Source: Haliotis rubra
Taxonomy: Eukaryota
Length of the DNA stretch: 64,000 bases
Direction of reading: 5' to 3'
Assembly: GCF_003918875.1 (NCBI RefSeq)
Contig: NW_025767401.1
Coordinates: 434,001-498,000 of the forward strand
In this document: in pieces, positions 35,766 to 49,188 of the stretch
How positions within the stretch are numbered: the stretch's first letter is position 1
How the letters are laid out: the number at the start of each line of letters is the position of its first letter
Made by a program: the position numbers and the translations under genes
The notes under the pieces: generated by a model
What the model was told of the DNA's origin: nothing
What the model saw: only the letters and a program-made list of their open reading frames with translations
Database searches by the model: none

Positions 35766-37079
35766 CCATGCAATACATACGTGTCGCTGTAATAAAATAC
35801 TAAACTTGGGTATTTTATCATTATTTGGTCAGGAAATGGTGAACAACTCTCACAACATTCAGTAATTTTTTTAAACATGAAATATGTTTTGCGGGTAAGT
35901 TAAATGGACGCGTTTTACTCAACGCGATACAGTGTTTTAAATGGCACCGCATATGATTGGTTGGTTTGGGTTATTAAAAAGGGGACATGCAGTAAAAATC
36001 AAATCATTTATGTAAAAAGAAATACATGTATCTGGAAGAAGAGAGGCGGAGTAACCAAGTGGTTTGTTCATTGGCTCCACTAGTCGCAAACTTCGATTCG
36101 ATTCCCCAAATTAATACCATGTACGTAAGAAACCCATTTCAACCATGTGGCTGGTGGGAATTTTTGCTAAATAGGCATAGACCCACTCACCCTCTGTAGC
36201 CAGAGTAGTGGAGAACACGACGTAGGAGCATAAGACATTGCATGTATAATACTCTCCCAGTAGTGGGGAGTAGAAGCTCATTGATCGATGAAGCTTGAGT
36301 GTGAGAGGCCCAAAATTGTTTCCACTCAAGGACACGCGTCCACTTTCAAAAGTGGCAATGACAGCTCATGACAGTACTAGCGCATCAGTTCTTTTATATG
36401 CACTGTAAACCTTTTCCCGTTATTTACGAAAAATAACTGGCAGCTGTGGTGCCAACGTTTTACCATATAATAGCACGTTATGCAGTAACTATCACTTTAC
36501 TTAATCGTTTTACACATATTATGTGATGGTTTGTTAATAAACTTTCTTATTATTTACTTCAAGGAACCATGCGGGTGTCTAACTCACATATCTTTACCCT
36601 AATTTATCCACAAATGCATGTGTTCTACGTATACATGGGCGTAACTGAACATAGTCCTACTTGCATGTATATGCGTGCGGCGTATTGCAACAAACTATCG
36701 TCTATTAGCGGTAAACGTTTACAGTCACAGGTTCCGGTGATGATTGAATATGTGCAGGATACAACATTGGAACTCTGTTCGATTGGCAGCTAATGGATGT
36801 GTTTCACACACGAAGGTGTCATGATTCTCTAAGAGTGTAGAAAGGTGCGACTCATCTAGAAATGCAAACGATTGTATTCTCGTCACATAAGAGTCGGATT
36901 ATGTCTCCAAAAGGAATATTTTCGTCACTAGAGAGTCAGATCATTTTACCACGAGGAGTACTTTTTCTTTTATCTAAACAAGAATATCAGATTAAATAGA
37001 GGCCTACCGCCATTCAGACAGAGGACTCCTCGCAGAGCAGTCGCATGCCTGACCCCTTCAGAGCTTCATGTGTATTTAA

Positions 37080-38151
37080 AGGTCACATGCAACCAAAAAA
37101 TCAAACATAATTAAAACACAATTATCACTTCTTCATGACATATAATATGCATTGCTCATTATGAAAAAACAAATAAACAAAATTATACGCGTATAATCGC
37201 AAATCAAAAGTGCAATATTTTGTACTTGGGTTTACCTCCCTCGAAACGAAGCAGCCGGGATACCGAACCCAGTCAGAGCGGGTGGGTGTGCACTCAAGTG
37301 TAACGGCTGGCTCTTAGCAGATGCCGCCTTCACGGCTCATTGTGTGTGTATATATAGAGATGTTGGGTTTTGTAAATACATGCTCCTTTTTTGTGTATAA
37401 CATTTTGCGACCAACAGACATCATACCATGTCTTGTGTTCAAGTATCACACCTGCCTGTCTGTGTAATTACATAATGTGACAGAGACCGAACTCGGGCCA
37501 TAAATCAATGCGTTTTGTTTATGGTGTATAGCCTGATTGGTGTTAAGTTCAAATTGCATGTGGTCAGTGATCGCAGTTGTGTATTGACTATTGTCATTAG
37601 CAGACAGGCAAGGCAGACACACAGGTGTCAATAAAACAAGACATTGAGTTTTGTCTGTGACAGCGACATATCTATATCACAGTTAGAAATTGTGTCAACG
37701 CTATAATGACATTGCTTTTAAGTATCGAACTGAGAAAGTGACTCGGTAAGAAGAACGTGTGGTGAAATAGACAAATGAAATTATATAAACAGTTTATTTA
37801 CTGTCATAACATATAAAAAGCTCGTGCCTGTGAGATATCAACAAAACATTATGAAAATAGCTCACACCAAAGCCTTCACCGAGTATTCACCAGACAGCCC
37901 GCTTCCAAGTTGCGCGAACCTATTTCACTGCGCACGTGCTATGAGCGCAGCCCAGCTGTTGAAACCCGTATTCCCAGAAAAGTCTGGGGAAAATTAGTGA
38001 AACGTTTGAACTCCGATTTCGCGCGGTTTTTTTCATCGCGTTATTTTTCAACTTTATAAGTTGAATTTGCATTTTTGACGCTTTGTTTCGGTAAGTCCAT
38101 ACCGAAAGGTATCAGAATCTGCAAAGTTGTGTTTTGCGTTGCATGTGACCT
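37080..38151. mobile_element. Non-autonomous DNA transposon with TTAA TSD (Kolobok-like)
   Basis: 14-bp TIRs aggtcacatgcaac / gttgcatgtgacct, with TTAA at 37076-37079 and 38152-38155. Confidence 0.85.
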
Positions 38152-38497
38152 TTAAGTATTTCCAGCGACCCAGACCCCAGAAGCATGTTCAACCATTAGT
38201 CTGATAATGTCAATATCTAACTAGCGCCCGGACAAGCAACACACACAAGTGGCAAAGAAGTTGACATTTAATCATTTCAAACTTGACATATAGAACAATC
38301 CATACAAAACATGATCGCAAATATGTGTATTACATGTTGTATCAAAAGCAATCTTTAATAAGTTAATTAGATATAAGTGTGGGGACAAGAATTTCAACCT
38401 CCTTGTCGTATCGGCAACCTGAAAAATAACAAGAGTCTGATATTAATGAAAATGGCGTCTCCTAATCTATCCTCGTTATTTCACGGTCTTGCATACA

Positions 38498-38666
38498 GGG
38501 GCGGTGGGGTAGCCTAATGGTTAAAGCGTTGGCTCGTCACGCCGAAGACCCGGGTTCGAATCCCCACATGGGTACAATGTGTGAAGCCCATTTCTGGTGT
38601 CACCCGCCGTGATATTGCTGGAATATTGCTGAAAGCGGCGTAAATCCAAACTCAGTCAGTCAGTCA
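38498..38666 (+). mobile_element. tRNA-derived SINE
   Basis: A box tagcctaatgg, B box ggttcgaatcc and a (CAGT)n tail. 12-bp TSD gtcttgcataca at 38486-38497 and 38667-38678. Confidence 0.9.
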
Positions 38667-38726
38667 GTCTTGCATACACGAGTGAAAGCTGACATATTGC
38701 TGAATGCGGCGTTAAACGACACGAGG

Positions 38727-38870
38727 GGAGATCCGGTTTAGAATTGTTTTTCAACAACCCATGTCATAAGAGGCAACAACGGGATCCGACAGTCAGACTC
38801 GCTGATTCATTCCATCACAACCGTAGATCGATGTTCATAACAACAATCACTGGGTTGTCTGATCCAGACA
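38727..38870 (+). mobile_element. Degenerate non-tRNA-head SINE-like copy
   Basis: gatccggtttagaattg...aacccatgtcataagaggc. Confidence 0.6.
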
Positions 38871-39469
38871 CAATTAACTATTTGTTATAGTGTGAACAAG
38901 AGTCAAGCAGACCATGCATTAACGATTCTCACAATGTAAAGGAAAATAAGAAAACGGTTAAGTGCAAAGCAATGTACTGTAAACAAGACCGTGAAGTATT
39001 GACGAGGTACGCAATGTAAAGGTGTGCAAGTAAACAAACCTTTCTATGTAAAGAAATTCTTACATGTGTATACAATGAAAGATATATTCACTCTACTTTA
39101 GGTACGTATGTGTACTATAATGGCGGATGTAAGCTGGTTGTGACAATATAACCATGCCCTACGAGATTAAATTATATATACATACACCACAGAACGTGAT
39201 TAAACTACATGTATCTCTAACAAGACTCCATGCCATGCACCAGAGCAAAGACAAAACACGTAGCTGCATCTGTCAATCAACATTTTAAAGTGTCATTTAC
39301 AGTATTTCGTTCCTCGATGATGTTTTGTTAGATATGGTTTCACTGTGGAATTTAAAAGAAAAAAACTGGGTCTGAACGTCGCCAAATCAATTTAAGTTAC
39401 AGATAATTTTAGATTTAAAAAATCATCACTGACTAGGTTGAATATCACATGCACAGTACCTTCGAAACA

Positions 39470-42356
39470 TCAACTTGTCTTGTTTTTCTTCAAGGGCAAA
39501 CAGTCATCCCACGTGGCATGTCTCTTGATGGCGTGTCGTCTGCTACCCGGGTTAGACAGTGAAGAAGAGGGGGATGTGGAGGCTGTCGATGGATGATGTT
39601 CAGCAGTAGTAGCAGGAGCGGAGGCCATGTGGATGACAGGAGCAGCCTGGCTGGCTGATGGTGGATCACATCGAGCTGCAGGTGATGTGGCTGTGTCAAC
39701 CCTACTACTTCCTGTGGCCGCAGTGTTGGTGGTGGAAGCTGCCATGTATCTCTTTCTCTTCTTTAAAGGAAGATGATGTTCATCAGTGTAATGGGATGCT
39801 TCCAAGCTCAGGGATCGCTTCAGACTCCGTGCCTTGGTGCCTGGGCTCCTGCCTATGTCTTCTGTGACAGTGGTGTGGTAAACATCGGTTACTGTGACGG
39901 CACATGGTTCAAATAAGGCAACATAGGAAATGTGCTTGATTCGCCGCTTGACGTCGCTGAAATTGGTGTACCATTCATGAAGATGATACTCTGTATAGTG
40001 TATTTCTCTATCTGCTCGACATGCCTTCCTCACTCGCTGAAGTGATCTGCTCTGTTCCTCCGATGAACGGGAGTGGGGTGTAAAGACTGGTTTGTACGTA
40101 GCAGCTCTGGCTGTTGGTTGGGATCTGAAGTACACACAGGAAGTCATGATGCTTAATTGCTTATATTATATTTCCCCACATAATGGGTCGAAAACAATGC
40201 ATTTCTTTTAAAAAGTATAAGAAGCCCTTCTTGCGATAAGACCATACATAATGAACAATAATTCCACTCCTTTTAATCGGTCGATCGGGTTACATTACGA
40301 CGAAATGATAAATTACGGAATGACAAATCAAAGAGTTACTTCCTTTCTCATTCCTGACACTTTATTCATACATTTATATCGGGGCGTGCCAGCTTGATGT
40401 TGTACGTATATCAATAAAGAAATGAAAACATCTTTTTCGAACAACCTCTTATTTGATGTAGCAGCCATCACTTCATCACTTAGTTGTGGAAACTCACCTC
40501 GAGCAGTTGCTGTTGTCAAGATCCTCGCCATCTACAGTTGCGATGTTGTATTCATCTTCTAGGGTTAAATCTAGGTAAACAAGATCATACTTAACAACAC
40601 TTAACAGCTATCATATTTAACAAACTTATATTTCATTTAAAACTAAGGCCCTGTCCCATAAAACGATCGCAGCACTCAATTGATAGTAACCCATACCATT
40701 AACAGAGGCCTACAATAGTCGTAGCGCTAAGGCCACATTGTAGAACAGGCATTGAAGTGTTCAAATGTAGCCTTAATAATAGTATATGGTCGATTCCAAC
40801 GAAAAGTGTACACAGCATGTTTGGGCCCATAGCATTTTAGCATTACTACCTTTATTTATTTTAGGGTGCCCATCACATCGGCACAAGTGAGACGATTCGG
40901 GGCCATATATAACATGACTATTTTTAATTAAAAATTAGGCTTATGGGAGACAAAAAAAGCCATTTTTATTCATTTTGACTGTTATTTTACAAATGTTTTG
41001 TTGAAAACATGTTGTGTGTTAAATACTAGTTACACTGGATGAACAGAAGTTTATTAATCTGATTGCCAAATATTTCATGAATAAATCCCCTCAGGCCTGA
41101 AATGATTTTGTCTAGGGCTTAATTCGTAATTTTGGTAATTTGTTTTCAAGTGGATTTTTTTTTGCGTTACCTACGAATAAAGTTTTCAATGACACTGTCA
41201 ATTTATGTAAATGCAGCACAAGGTTATGTTTTGTATTACTTTTTACAGCATTAATATGTAAAGTACTCAAATGCGATGGCGTTACATAATATTTCTTACA
41301 GGTAATAATCTGAAAAATAATGGATTGAAATGGTTCCTTGGAATTCCAAATGGCTACATAACTGAGCGTTCAATAAAAATGTTCTATTCAGGGATGCACT
41401 GCAGTTCTTGGTTTAGACTTTATTATAGTGATATATAATGAATTCTTTTTGATTGAAAAGTCAGAAAACAAGTTGATCTTGGTGATAAAATAAAAGTTTG
41501 CATGATATCACGGGATAAACGGTAGATTCGTAAGTAACGTGTATTCGTTGGTAACATTCCGAATTTGTAGGTAACATCAGTCAGTGTGTTTGAAGTTGTA
41601 AGTCTTGTTCAGGGCTGTCCCCGATGCACTTGCGAACATAGGAGAATTGAGACTGTAGTAGAAGTAAGTTGCATGGGTTTAGTAATTAGATTTGTCAAAG
41701 GTATGTCTTATTCGTAGGTAACTCGTTTTTTGTAGTTAAAACTTTCTGTAAATGTCTATCTAATAGCAATTGTCTTTGTAAAATATGGGTAATTAAAGCA
41801 GAGTTATAGTTCAGTAAGACGTATAATGTATTGATTGTTTTAGTGACATGTTTATCTGTACATAATTTTATATGGTATATGGTAACAGTTCAAGCGTTTT
41901 GAACATTTGTGATGTGCTTTCTTTGAATACAAATGTCAGTTGAAACATTTGGTAAATAAAATTTCAGATGTAATGATTTTAGTTCAATTTCTATACTTCT
42001 CATCAACAGTTTAGACTCACTAGTGTAAATATAGCCACTTACTTCAGGCGACTGTTTTAAACTAAATTTTGCAAAATATTCCATACTGTTTACAGGTACT
42101 GTTTACACATGAACTAATGCATTGTAAAACAAATTCGTAACGTTGAAAATATTATTGTCATGAGTTCAATAAATGATAAAAATCAGTGAAAATTGGCGAA
42201 TTCAGAACAAAACTTTACACCAAAACGCATCTGTTCACATGTACGATATTTGCACATGCTTTTCAACAATTTGATGCATAATCCTCGTGCAATTCATCTG
42301 CATAAGGTTTGCAGTTGGTTCCCCCTAGTTGGTGGAGAAATCAATCTTCGATGTGA

Positions 42357-42401
<45 letters not shown>

Positions 42402-43622
42402 ACATATAGTGAGTATTTCTAGTGAGTCTATACTTTTGACGAGAAGTATATTTCCATCAGTTAAAATGACATTGCTACTTTCCGACATACACTGAGACAA
42501 AACAAAGAGAAAGCCTTAAACTGGTTGTAAACAATCTTCGTTCACATGTCCTATGCATTTATGGCTTCAGAGTTTCTATAGTCATTAACATATTGTGCAT
42601 GCAGAACAACAGTGAATTTGGATGTTAGGCAACATGTAACCCATCTAATATCTGGATATACAAGGTATGATGTTGGTATTTGTAGGTAATTTAAAAAATG
42701 AGCCTTTTTACCTCACTGATCCACCAACTTGTCACTTTTAGAGATTAGTGATGGCAACTGATTTTCATAAGAGGCAAATATGTTGACTTTACTTTACATT
42801 GGTAAAAAGAATTACAAGGTGCAAGCAATTATATTTTGGACACCTTGTACCAAGCTGTGTACACTTTTCGTTGGAATCGACCACATGCGTTTTCCGGTTC
42901 ATCCGACTTTTCATCTCATGCCATGCTTCATGGTACGTACCTCGGTGTAGCCAAGCATAGGGCGTCCTGTGTTTCCGTCGGCAAGTCAGCGCCTTCTGGT
43001 GACGAGACTTAACAGGAGCGTGAGCACGATCTCCAGCACCACCTTGAGACGAACCGAACTTCCTGGACAAAACTTCAGCAGAAACATCGGCAATGTCTGT
43101 CCCTGGGAAACTATATGTGGGTGACATTGTGGATGATGCTTCTCTTTGACTCTGGGACGTGGACGGCTCAAAACTACCACTGTTGTTGAAAACACACATC
43201 ACATCCGGGTCACTGCGAGGACACAGAGACGGCGTTTTGGGTTGATCTGAACACAGTACAAATACGTGTAATATACACATGCTCCAACAAGCACTTCAAC
43301 CAGCGATTTGTGTCATAATGCATGTATATTCAAGAATATACATTTTCTTCAGATACATTGTTTCTATCATTTATGAGTATGAGTAATATTTTTATGAGAA
43401 CCTTTAGAATCCATCACCACTACCAGCTCTCGTGAGAATCTCTTCCGTAGGACACGTCACTGAGACGAGTTAGCAGTTTTCGTGAGAATCGGCCGACTGG
43501 TGCTGAATTTCAAGGTAATTCCAATGTACATATATTGACATGTATACAGATTCTCTACAGGAGTAATAGTAGTAACAAATAAATCACGTTTAAGAATGCC
43601 AAAACTTACTTTCAACGCTCAT
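39470..43622 (-). CDS. Uncharacterised ~348-aa protein; exons 43622-43610, 43246-42941, 40570-40498, 40124-39470
   Basis: All three introns are GT-AG and phase-compatible (1, 1, 2), giving an open frame from MSVENQPKTPSLC to CLPLKKNKTS*. No recognisable domain. Confidence 0.65.
40788..42882. mobile_element. ~2.1-kb non-autonomous DNA transposon in intron 2 of the orphan gene
   Basis: Perfect 29-bp TIRs ggtcgattccaacgaaaagtgtacacagc / gctgtgtacacttttcgttggaatcgacc. Flanks atat/acat could be a 4-bp Sola-like TSD (uncertain). Confidence 0.8.
42358..42399. repeat. (CA)n microsatellite
   Basis: ~21 CA units. Confidence 0.95.
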
Positions 43623-43749
43623 TTTTGGTTGCAGGAAAAATTGCATGAAAGTAAGCTCAAGATAAAGACATCAAGAAAGCAGTTCTTGCGTGCAATCAGC
43701 TCGACGGTCGCCTTGTAACTAAGCTTTTCTTCTATGATGTCACAAGACT

Positions 43750-43789
43750 GTGACGTCACCAAAAGTACATATATTGTTTGTGACGTCAC
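43750..43789. promoter_or_regulatory. Two full palindromic CRE sites (GTGACGTCAC) 30 bp apart
   Basis: TGACGTCA at 43751-43758 and 43781-43788, 130-165 bp upstream of the predicted ATG at 43622. Confidence 0.55.
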
Positions 43790-43882
43790 ATCTTTGTAAG
43801 TCATGACGGCGTAGTCACCACGTTTGTGTACGCTCCATTCATCCTACCACAAATGTTAAGACGGTGTTTATTTACAATACAG

Positions 43883-43989
43883 GGCCTAGATTTTCGAAGC
43901 TCTCTTAGCGCTAAGATAGTCGTAAGTTAATGTTAATGAATGGCACTTACGACTATCTTAGCGCTAAGAGAGCTTCGAAAATCTAGGCC
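43883..43989. mobile_element. Hairpin MITE, PIF/Harbinger-like
   Basis: Near-perfect fold-back ggcctagattttcgaagctctcttagcgctaagatagtcgtaagt and its inverse, with a CAG TSD on both sides. Confidence 0.8.
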
Positions 43990-44049
43990 CAGCAACGTAT
44001 TGTCACAACGTAGTCTATACGATACACAGTTTGACACCTAACTTGTTAA

Positions 44050-44463
44050 TACAGAGTGTCTTTCGAGTATATTCCCTTTATATTATCTATTAGCGCCAGA
44101 TTGTCAAAAAGGCAATAGTTCCCATATTTTATCTCATCATTTTGAACTACCTCCTTCTGGACGCCGCTTTCGATTACCTTCCCTCAAAACAAACAGAACT
44201 AGTCTTTCATACCATCCAGTATTCTTGAATGCAACGAATGTTTTGAATCATCACCATGTGATAACTACTAGAAGTATTCTGACTCTTTACCTATGTGGTT
44301 ACCTATATTGAATCATGTCAGTTTTATTGTGCAATGTGTGTAACCACCATTCATTTTGCGCATGTATATTTTTGTGAATTGTGTGTATATTCATTCTGAG
44401 ACCGTTGGAAGCAAAAAGAGTTTCCTCCGGGATAATAAAGTTCTATCTTATCTTATCTTATCA
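44050..44463 (+). mobile_element. 5'-truncated LINE 3' end (Rex1/CR1-group-like)
   Basis: Degenerate peptide PSGRRFRLPSLKTNR..SFIP, typical of the RT C-terminus of this group, followed by aataaag and a (TCTTA)n tail. Confidence 0.55.
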
Positions 44464-45254
44464 TATACTAATTCCTGTTGGTCTGTCGGGGGCGTGAGAG
44501 TGATTTGAGAGAGAGTGTGGGATGACAGTGTATCGCCGTCCACGTTTATCGTAATGGCGACACTGTCGGCTTTGGTGTTAACACACCAATAACAATTATC
44601 CACCCTCGATGAACGGATCCTGTCCAAATCTAAGTATGTAAATTTACACCTTATATCACTCGGTGGCATTATACTAACATCAATTAGTCAAAGACATTAT
44701 AGCATAAATGTATACTACTCACACTTTGTTAAGGATCACAAATATTCACAACTTTACTTACGTAGATTTACATTTTGAAATGTATCCATTTAAAACTGGA
44801 TAAATAATGATATGGTAACCCCTCTTTAGGCAAACAGTCACTTTAATCTAACCTTATGCACTTGATACATCAGTAACCATAAAAATGGTTTTCATGGCAC
44901 CAGTCAACCATTTTGCATATCATGGAACGAGTCATTGACAAGTACACAACACCTGTCAATAGCAGGTATGGGATCCACAAGATGAAATGACATACTAAAA
45001 CCTAGGATCCATGCTTACAATAACCTTAAATATTTAAACCAAATTTCACTCCACACCATAGTTTTCTGTTGAATCCATGATTTGATCCTCAGCAAAGTGT
45101 GAATAGTATATTAACTGTAATGTTGTCCTGAGATACGGTTAAGATGTATTTCTCGTTTAGCTTACAAATTAACTTGCAAATTTGTGTGAGTTATTAACTT
45201 GTTCATAATTAGTATGCAAGTATACTTATATGTTTAGATATTCTATACCAACTT

Positions 45255-45852
45255 TGTAGCTGGTATAATTTCTCTTTTAATTCATGACGTAATGGTATTT
45301 ATTCTATAATCAAGGTAACTATAAATCCCTGTTTAAATATTACCTAATTACACGTGCTAATGCAGTGTGTGTGTATATTACGACTGAGTCATTACACGCG
45401 GCAAGATTATTTACATGTCCTTTTACTGTCGATTTCCTGTTGCTTATGCGATATAATTGTTTACCATTTGTAGGATAATACAGGTATACTGACCGCTATA
45501 TAAAAGCCAGCTCATTGCCATACAGTGGTAAGTAAGGTGTATATGTTGTATATATTGACTATATATCAAGGTAATTTGACGAGGCAGTAATGTTTTGGCC
45601 TCCAAAGTCATTGTAATGAGGGTCAGTTAATTTGTTTTAGTTTACCTGTAGCTATTGTTCCTTTTATTATGATGCCATTTATACCATGTGGTATGGCTTG
45701 TGGAAGTAATCTGGCACATATTTTAATAGCATGTTTAATATACATTATTTGCAGACAAGTTAATTGACTGAGTTACATCAAATAAAGAGAAGTATCTGTC
45801 GGGTCGCTCGGTTTGTGTTTTCCCTCCAACCGGGGCCGAGTCCGCTACTACA
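45255..45852. mobile_element. Possible solo-LTR-like fragment
   Basis: TGTAG...CTACA ends, with internal TATATAAAAG (~45497) and AATAAA (45781). No matching TSD. Confidence 0.3.
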
Positions 45853-46027
45853 CACCCACCACCTCAAATCCCAGTTCTTGTTTGTCCTTATATAGGTAGC
45901 GAGCAATAAATCTGATTTTAATGACTTGAATGTGTGGAAATGGCATCATAAGCCATATATTATGCGTCTGTTTATTCAACGTTGATTATCCACGTTCCCG
46001 TCAGTTCGTGTTTCCCTTTCATTAAAG

Positions 46028-46270
46028 ACCCTGAAGATCCGGGTTAGAATTGGTCTTCAGTAACCCATGCATGCTTGTCGTAAGAGGTGACTATAACGGG
46101 ATCGGGTGGTCAGGCTCGCTGACCTTACTGACACGTCATCGCATCCTAATTGCGTAGATCGATGCTCGGGATGTCAATCACTTGATTGTCTGGTCCAGGC
46201 TGGATCATTTACAGACCGCCGTCATAAAGCTGGAAATTGCTGAGTGAGACGTTAAACAAAACTAACAAAC
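46028..46270 (+). mobile_element. Non-tRNA-head SINE-like repeat copy
   Basis: ccctgaagatccgggttagaattggtcttcagtaaccc...gctggaaattgctgagtgagacgttaaac. Confidence 0.8.
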
Positions 46271-46878
46271 AATATTCACATATGCATTGCATTTTTTAAA
46301 GCATAAACTAAATGTCTAAACAGAAATGTTGCTTATTTTTACATGATATTCAGGAGCATTTGCCAACTGCTAAGTATATGTTGGCGTCGGTACACTTACA
46401 GAATAAACGAAGATAAATGGGGCAACAGCTCACTGTTAATATGTATTCAGTGTTTGAAGTGTAGGGGAAATTGTTCGGGTGTTTTTCTATTTGATTGCAG
46501 TATGTTCACGTGCCCGTTTGGTGCTTTTTCGTTTCATACAGGTGAGAATTAAATTTTGTGTGACCTGTTCATAATTTAGATTTCTGAAATATGTTTAGAT
46601 ATTTAGTGGCTTTTGAAGTAGGTAGGTTTATTCAATATACTCCCGATTGGAGATACAAGATAAATTGAATATTAAAAGCTTAAATCGTTAACTGTAAGTG
46701 GTGAATTGTTATGATAGATTAATTAGAGTCTTTAAAAACTTGATCCCAGATGCAAACTGTCCGGCCAGTAGCAGCACTTGTATGGTGTCAATGTCGTACA
46801 CGAGACGTCCATGCAACACTTTGGTTAGCGTTCTCTGTTCTATATTGTCCAACAGAACATATGTACGCTAGTTGGTCT

Positions 46879-46984
46879 CGTAAGCCTAAGATCTCGTAAC
46901 TTTTCTCGTAGCATTCGTAACTCCTATACTGTGACATAGGAGGAACGAATGCTACGAGAAAAGTTACATGGTCTTAGGCTTACG
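46879..46984. mobile_element. Hairpin MITE fragment
   Basis: cgtaagcctaagatc..gtaacttttctcgtagcattcgt is inverted as acgaatgctacgagaaaagttac..ggtcttaggcttacg. Confidence 0.65.
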
Positions 46985-48500
46985 GGAGCTTTGCGAAACG
47001 GGGCCCTGGGTCTAATGCTTACCGAAATGCTCGCCCTGGACATGTATAGGAAGTGTTGTATGTGACATGGACAAAAAGAAATACAAGAAGATCTGTTCTG
47101 TGCTTAGAGTAACATTTATTTCTGGATGGAATTTACTTCTGCACCAAATAAAACCTTTGTCTAAAAGAATCCAAGAAAGAAAAAGATAACATGAACAAAT
47201 TGTTTTCCGAAATATAAAATATACAACGCAACAACATGTAACAAGACCTGATTGACTACCATGCTGTTATACACAGCAAGTTTTCATTGCATAACAAGAC
47301 CTGTCCGAAAGGTTATGTTGTACATGGCATGTTTCATTGCATAAAAGACCTTTTTGGGCCGTTCTGTTGCACACAGTTTCGTTACATAATATCAAATGCA
47401 ATCGTATTGTAGTACAAAGAACATTTCTTTGAACAGCAACCATTGTTCTGCACGATATGTTCCATTACCCAACGCCAGCCATTCTGTTGAACACAGCACA
47501 TTCCATAGCATGTCAATACCTGATGTTCCGAGCACCTTTCATAAAATCAGACAATCTGTTGTACACTGCACATTTCATTGCACAGATATACCTGACATAA
47601 ACCATTGTTGTTCATAGCACCTTTCATTGCATAATGACAACATCAACCATTCTGCCCTACACAGCACGTATGACATCCAAAAAGGCGTCTATTGTACATG
47701 TTTCTGTATATACGATAACACACAGGGTAAGGTTCTTGTAGATGTCTCTGTATGTGAATATTTAACCTTGTTTATAATTAACCTGCTCTGGGTCAAACAA
47801 GCCATGGTATTAGCTGACACCATTCTTAAATTTCAGTGTGCTATTAATCAGATGCCTATTGTTGGTGGCAAGAAACCCAAACTACCATTACAACATGATG
47901 TCATAGTAAAACAATTGAGACATTTCCCCAAATGTTAGTAATCTTCAAATTAGTTTATTGGACAGTCAATGCAACACAGAAGAAGAGTTTAGATCTTCTT
48001 CTAAAACTGTCTGAAAACCTAATTTCAAAAATTCACAGAAATCTATTAGTAAAGTTGACTGTATCATCAGACGGAATTTCTGCTGTGTTAAAAGGTTCAA
48101 GCACTTCTGGGACATCAAGAAACACTATGTAAATTATCAGTAAACATTTAACAAAGAGTTGAGTATTAGTCAATGTCAATATTTTCAAATCAAATATGCT
48201 AAAATTCAACCTCTAAACATTTTTAAAGTTTTCATAGCTCAAATTGGCTATCACCAGACAACACCCTGGTTACTACCTCATCAAAGACTAGAGTTTGTCT
48301 TGTGAGTACATTCACATGGTACCCGACTACACAACCAGGTGTCAGGTAGCTCTTTAATCGCTTCATACCATCAAACCTATCCGCACCCATGTCCTAAACT
48401 ATTAATCTTACAGGATTTATACCCATTGCAGTGAACACCAATCTGACATTTATCACAAATAAGCGTAACAAATGTTCAGTTTCTTTTCCAATAAGCATAA

Positions 48501-48905
48501 CAGGGGCTGAAACGGTACACCACAGTATTTTGTTTTTGGTTCGGTACACCGAAATTCAGGTTTAAGATACGGTACGTTCGGTTTTCATACCGAAAATATC
48601 ATCTTACTCACCTTATGCACATTACTTTCGGAAGGTCATCACAAATATTCCATGTTATTTAATTCTAGATGACATCTTCATGTAGCTACCATTTCTGTGC
48701 CAAAGTGCTATTGTCAACAACTCCTGCTAATTCGATTGGATGAACGAGTTCGTGTAAAGGCACTTTCGTTTGGGTCCCAATTCCAAGAAGATTTCTCCAA
48801 GAAGAATTTTTATTGTTAATGAACCGAACTGAATTGTACCGAACCGAGAGCTGTGTACCGCAATACGTACCGAACCGTGGCATGGGTGTACCCGTTTCAC
48901 CCCTA
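48501..48905. mobile_element. hAT-like MITE
   Basis: TIRs caggggctgaaacgg / ccgtttcaccccta, flanked by duplicated agcataa. Confidence 0.7.
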
Positions 48906-49188
48906 AGCATAAAAACTGTTTAGTTTCAGTCTTCACCGTGGTTAAATACAAGCACTATTACAATAACATATCAGCAAAGCAGGGTTTTCTGACAGTGTTA
49001 AATATACAACAACAATGTTACACATAAAGCAGTGATGGTGATTATTCTAAGGTATGCTGTAAAGTGAAAAGGGCAGGGTTTCGATAGCATATTCACCCGT
49101 TTCCTGAGTCTAACTAATGTCATGTTGAGTATGAACACTTATAACATGAGAGAGCAGAAGATACTTTACAAAAGTGATAAAATGAAAA

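Noticed and set aside
38498-38575. tRNA-like sequences (also 35086 and 61642) as true tRNA genes
   Set aside because: They continue into SINE bodies with tails and TSDs, and the acceptor stems are imperfect.
42789-42940. C-terminal part of the 163-aa ORF apparently disrupted by a transposon
   Set aside because: A phase-compatible donor at 42940 ends the exon earlier, so the transposon is intronic.
46031-46060. CTGAAGA as a hammerhead ribozyme core
   Set aside because: No stem II followed by GAAA on either strand.
47230-47720. Degenerate repeated motif (acagca..tttcattgcataa)
   Set aside because: Old, diverged minisatellite-like tract. The period and boundaries cannot be defined by eye.
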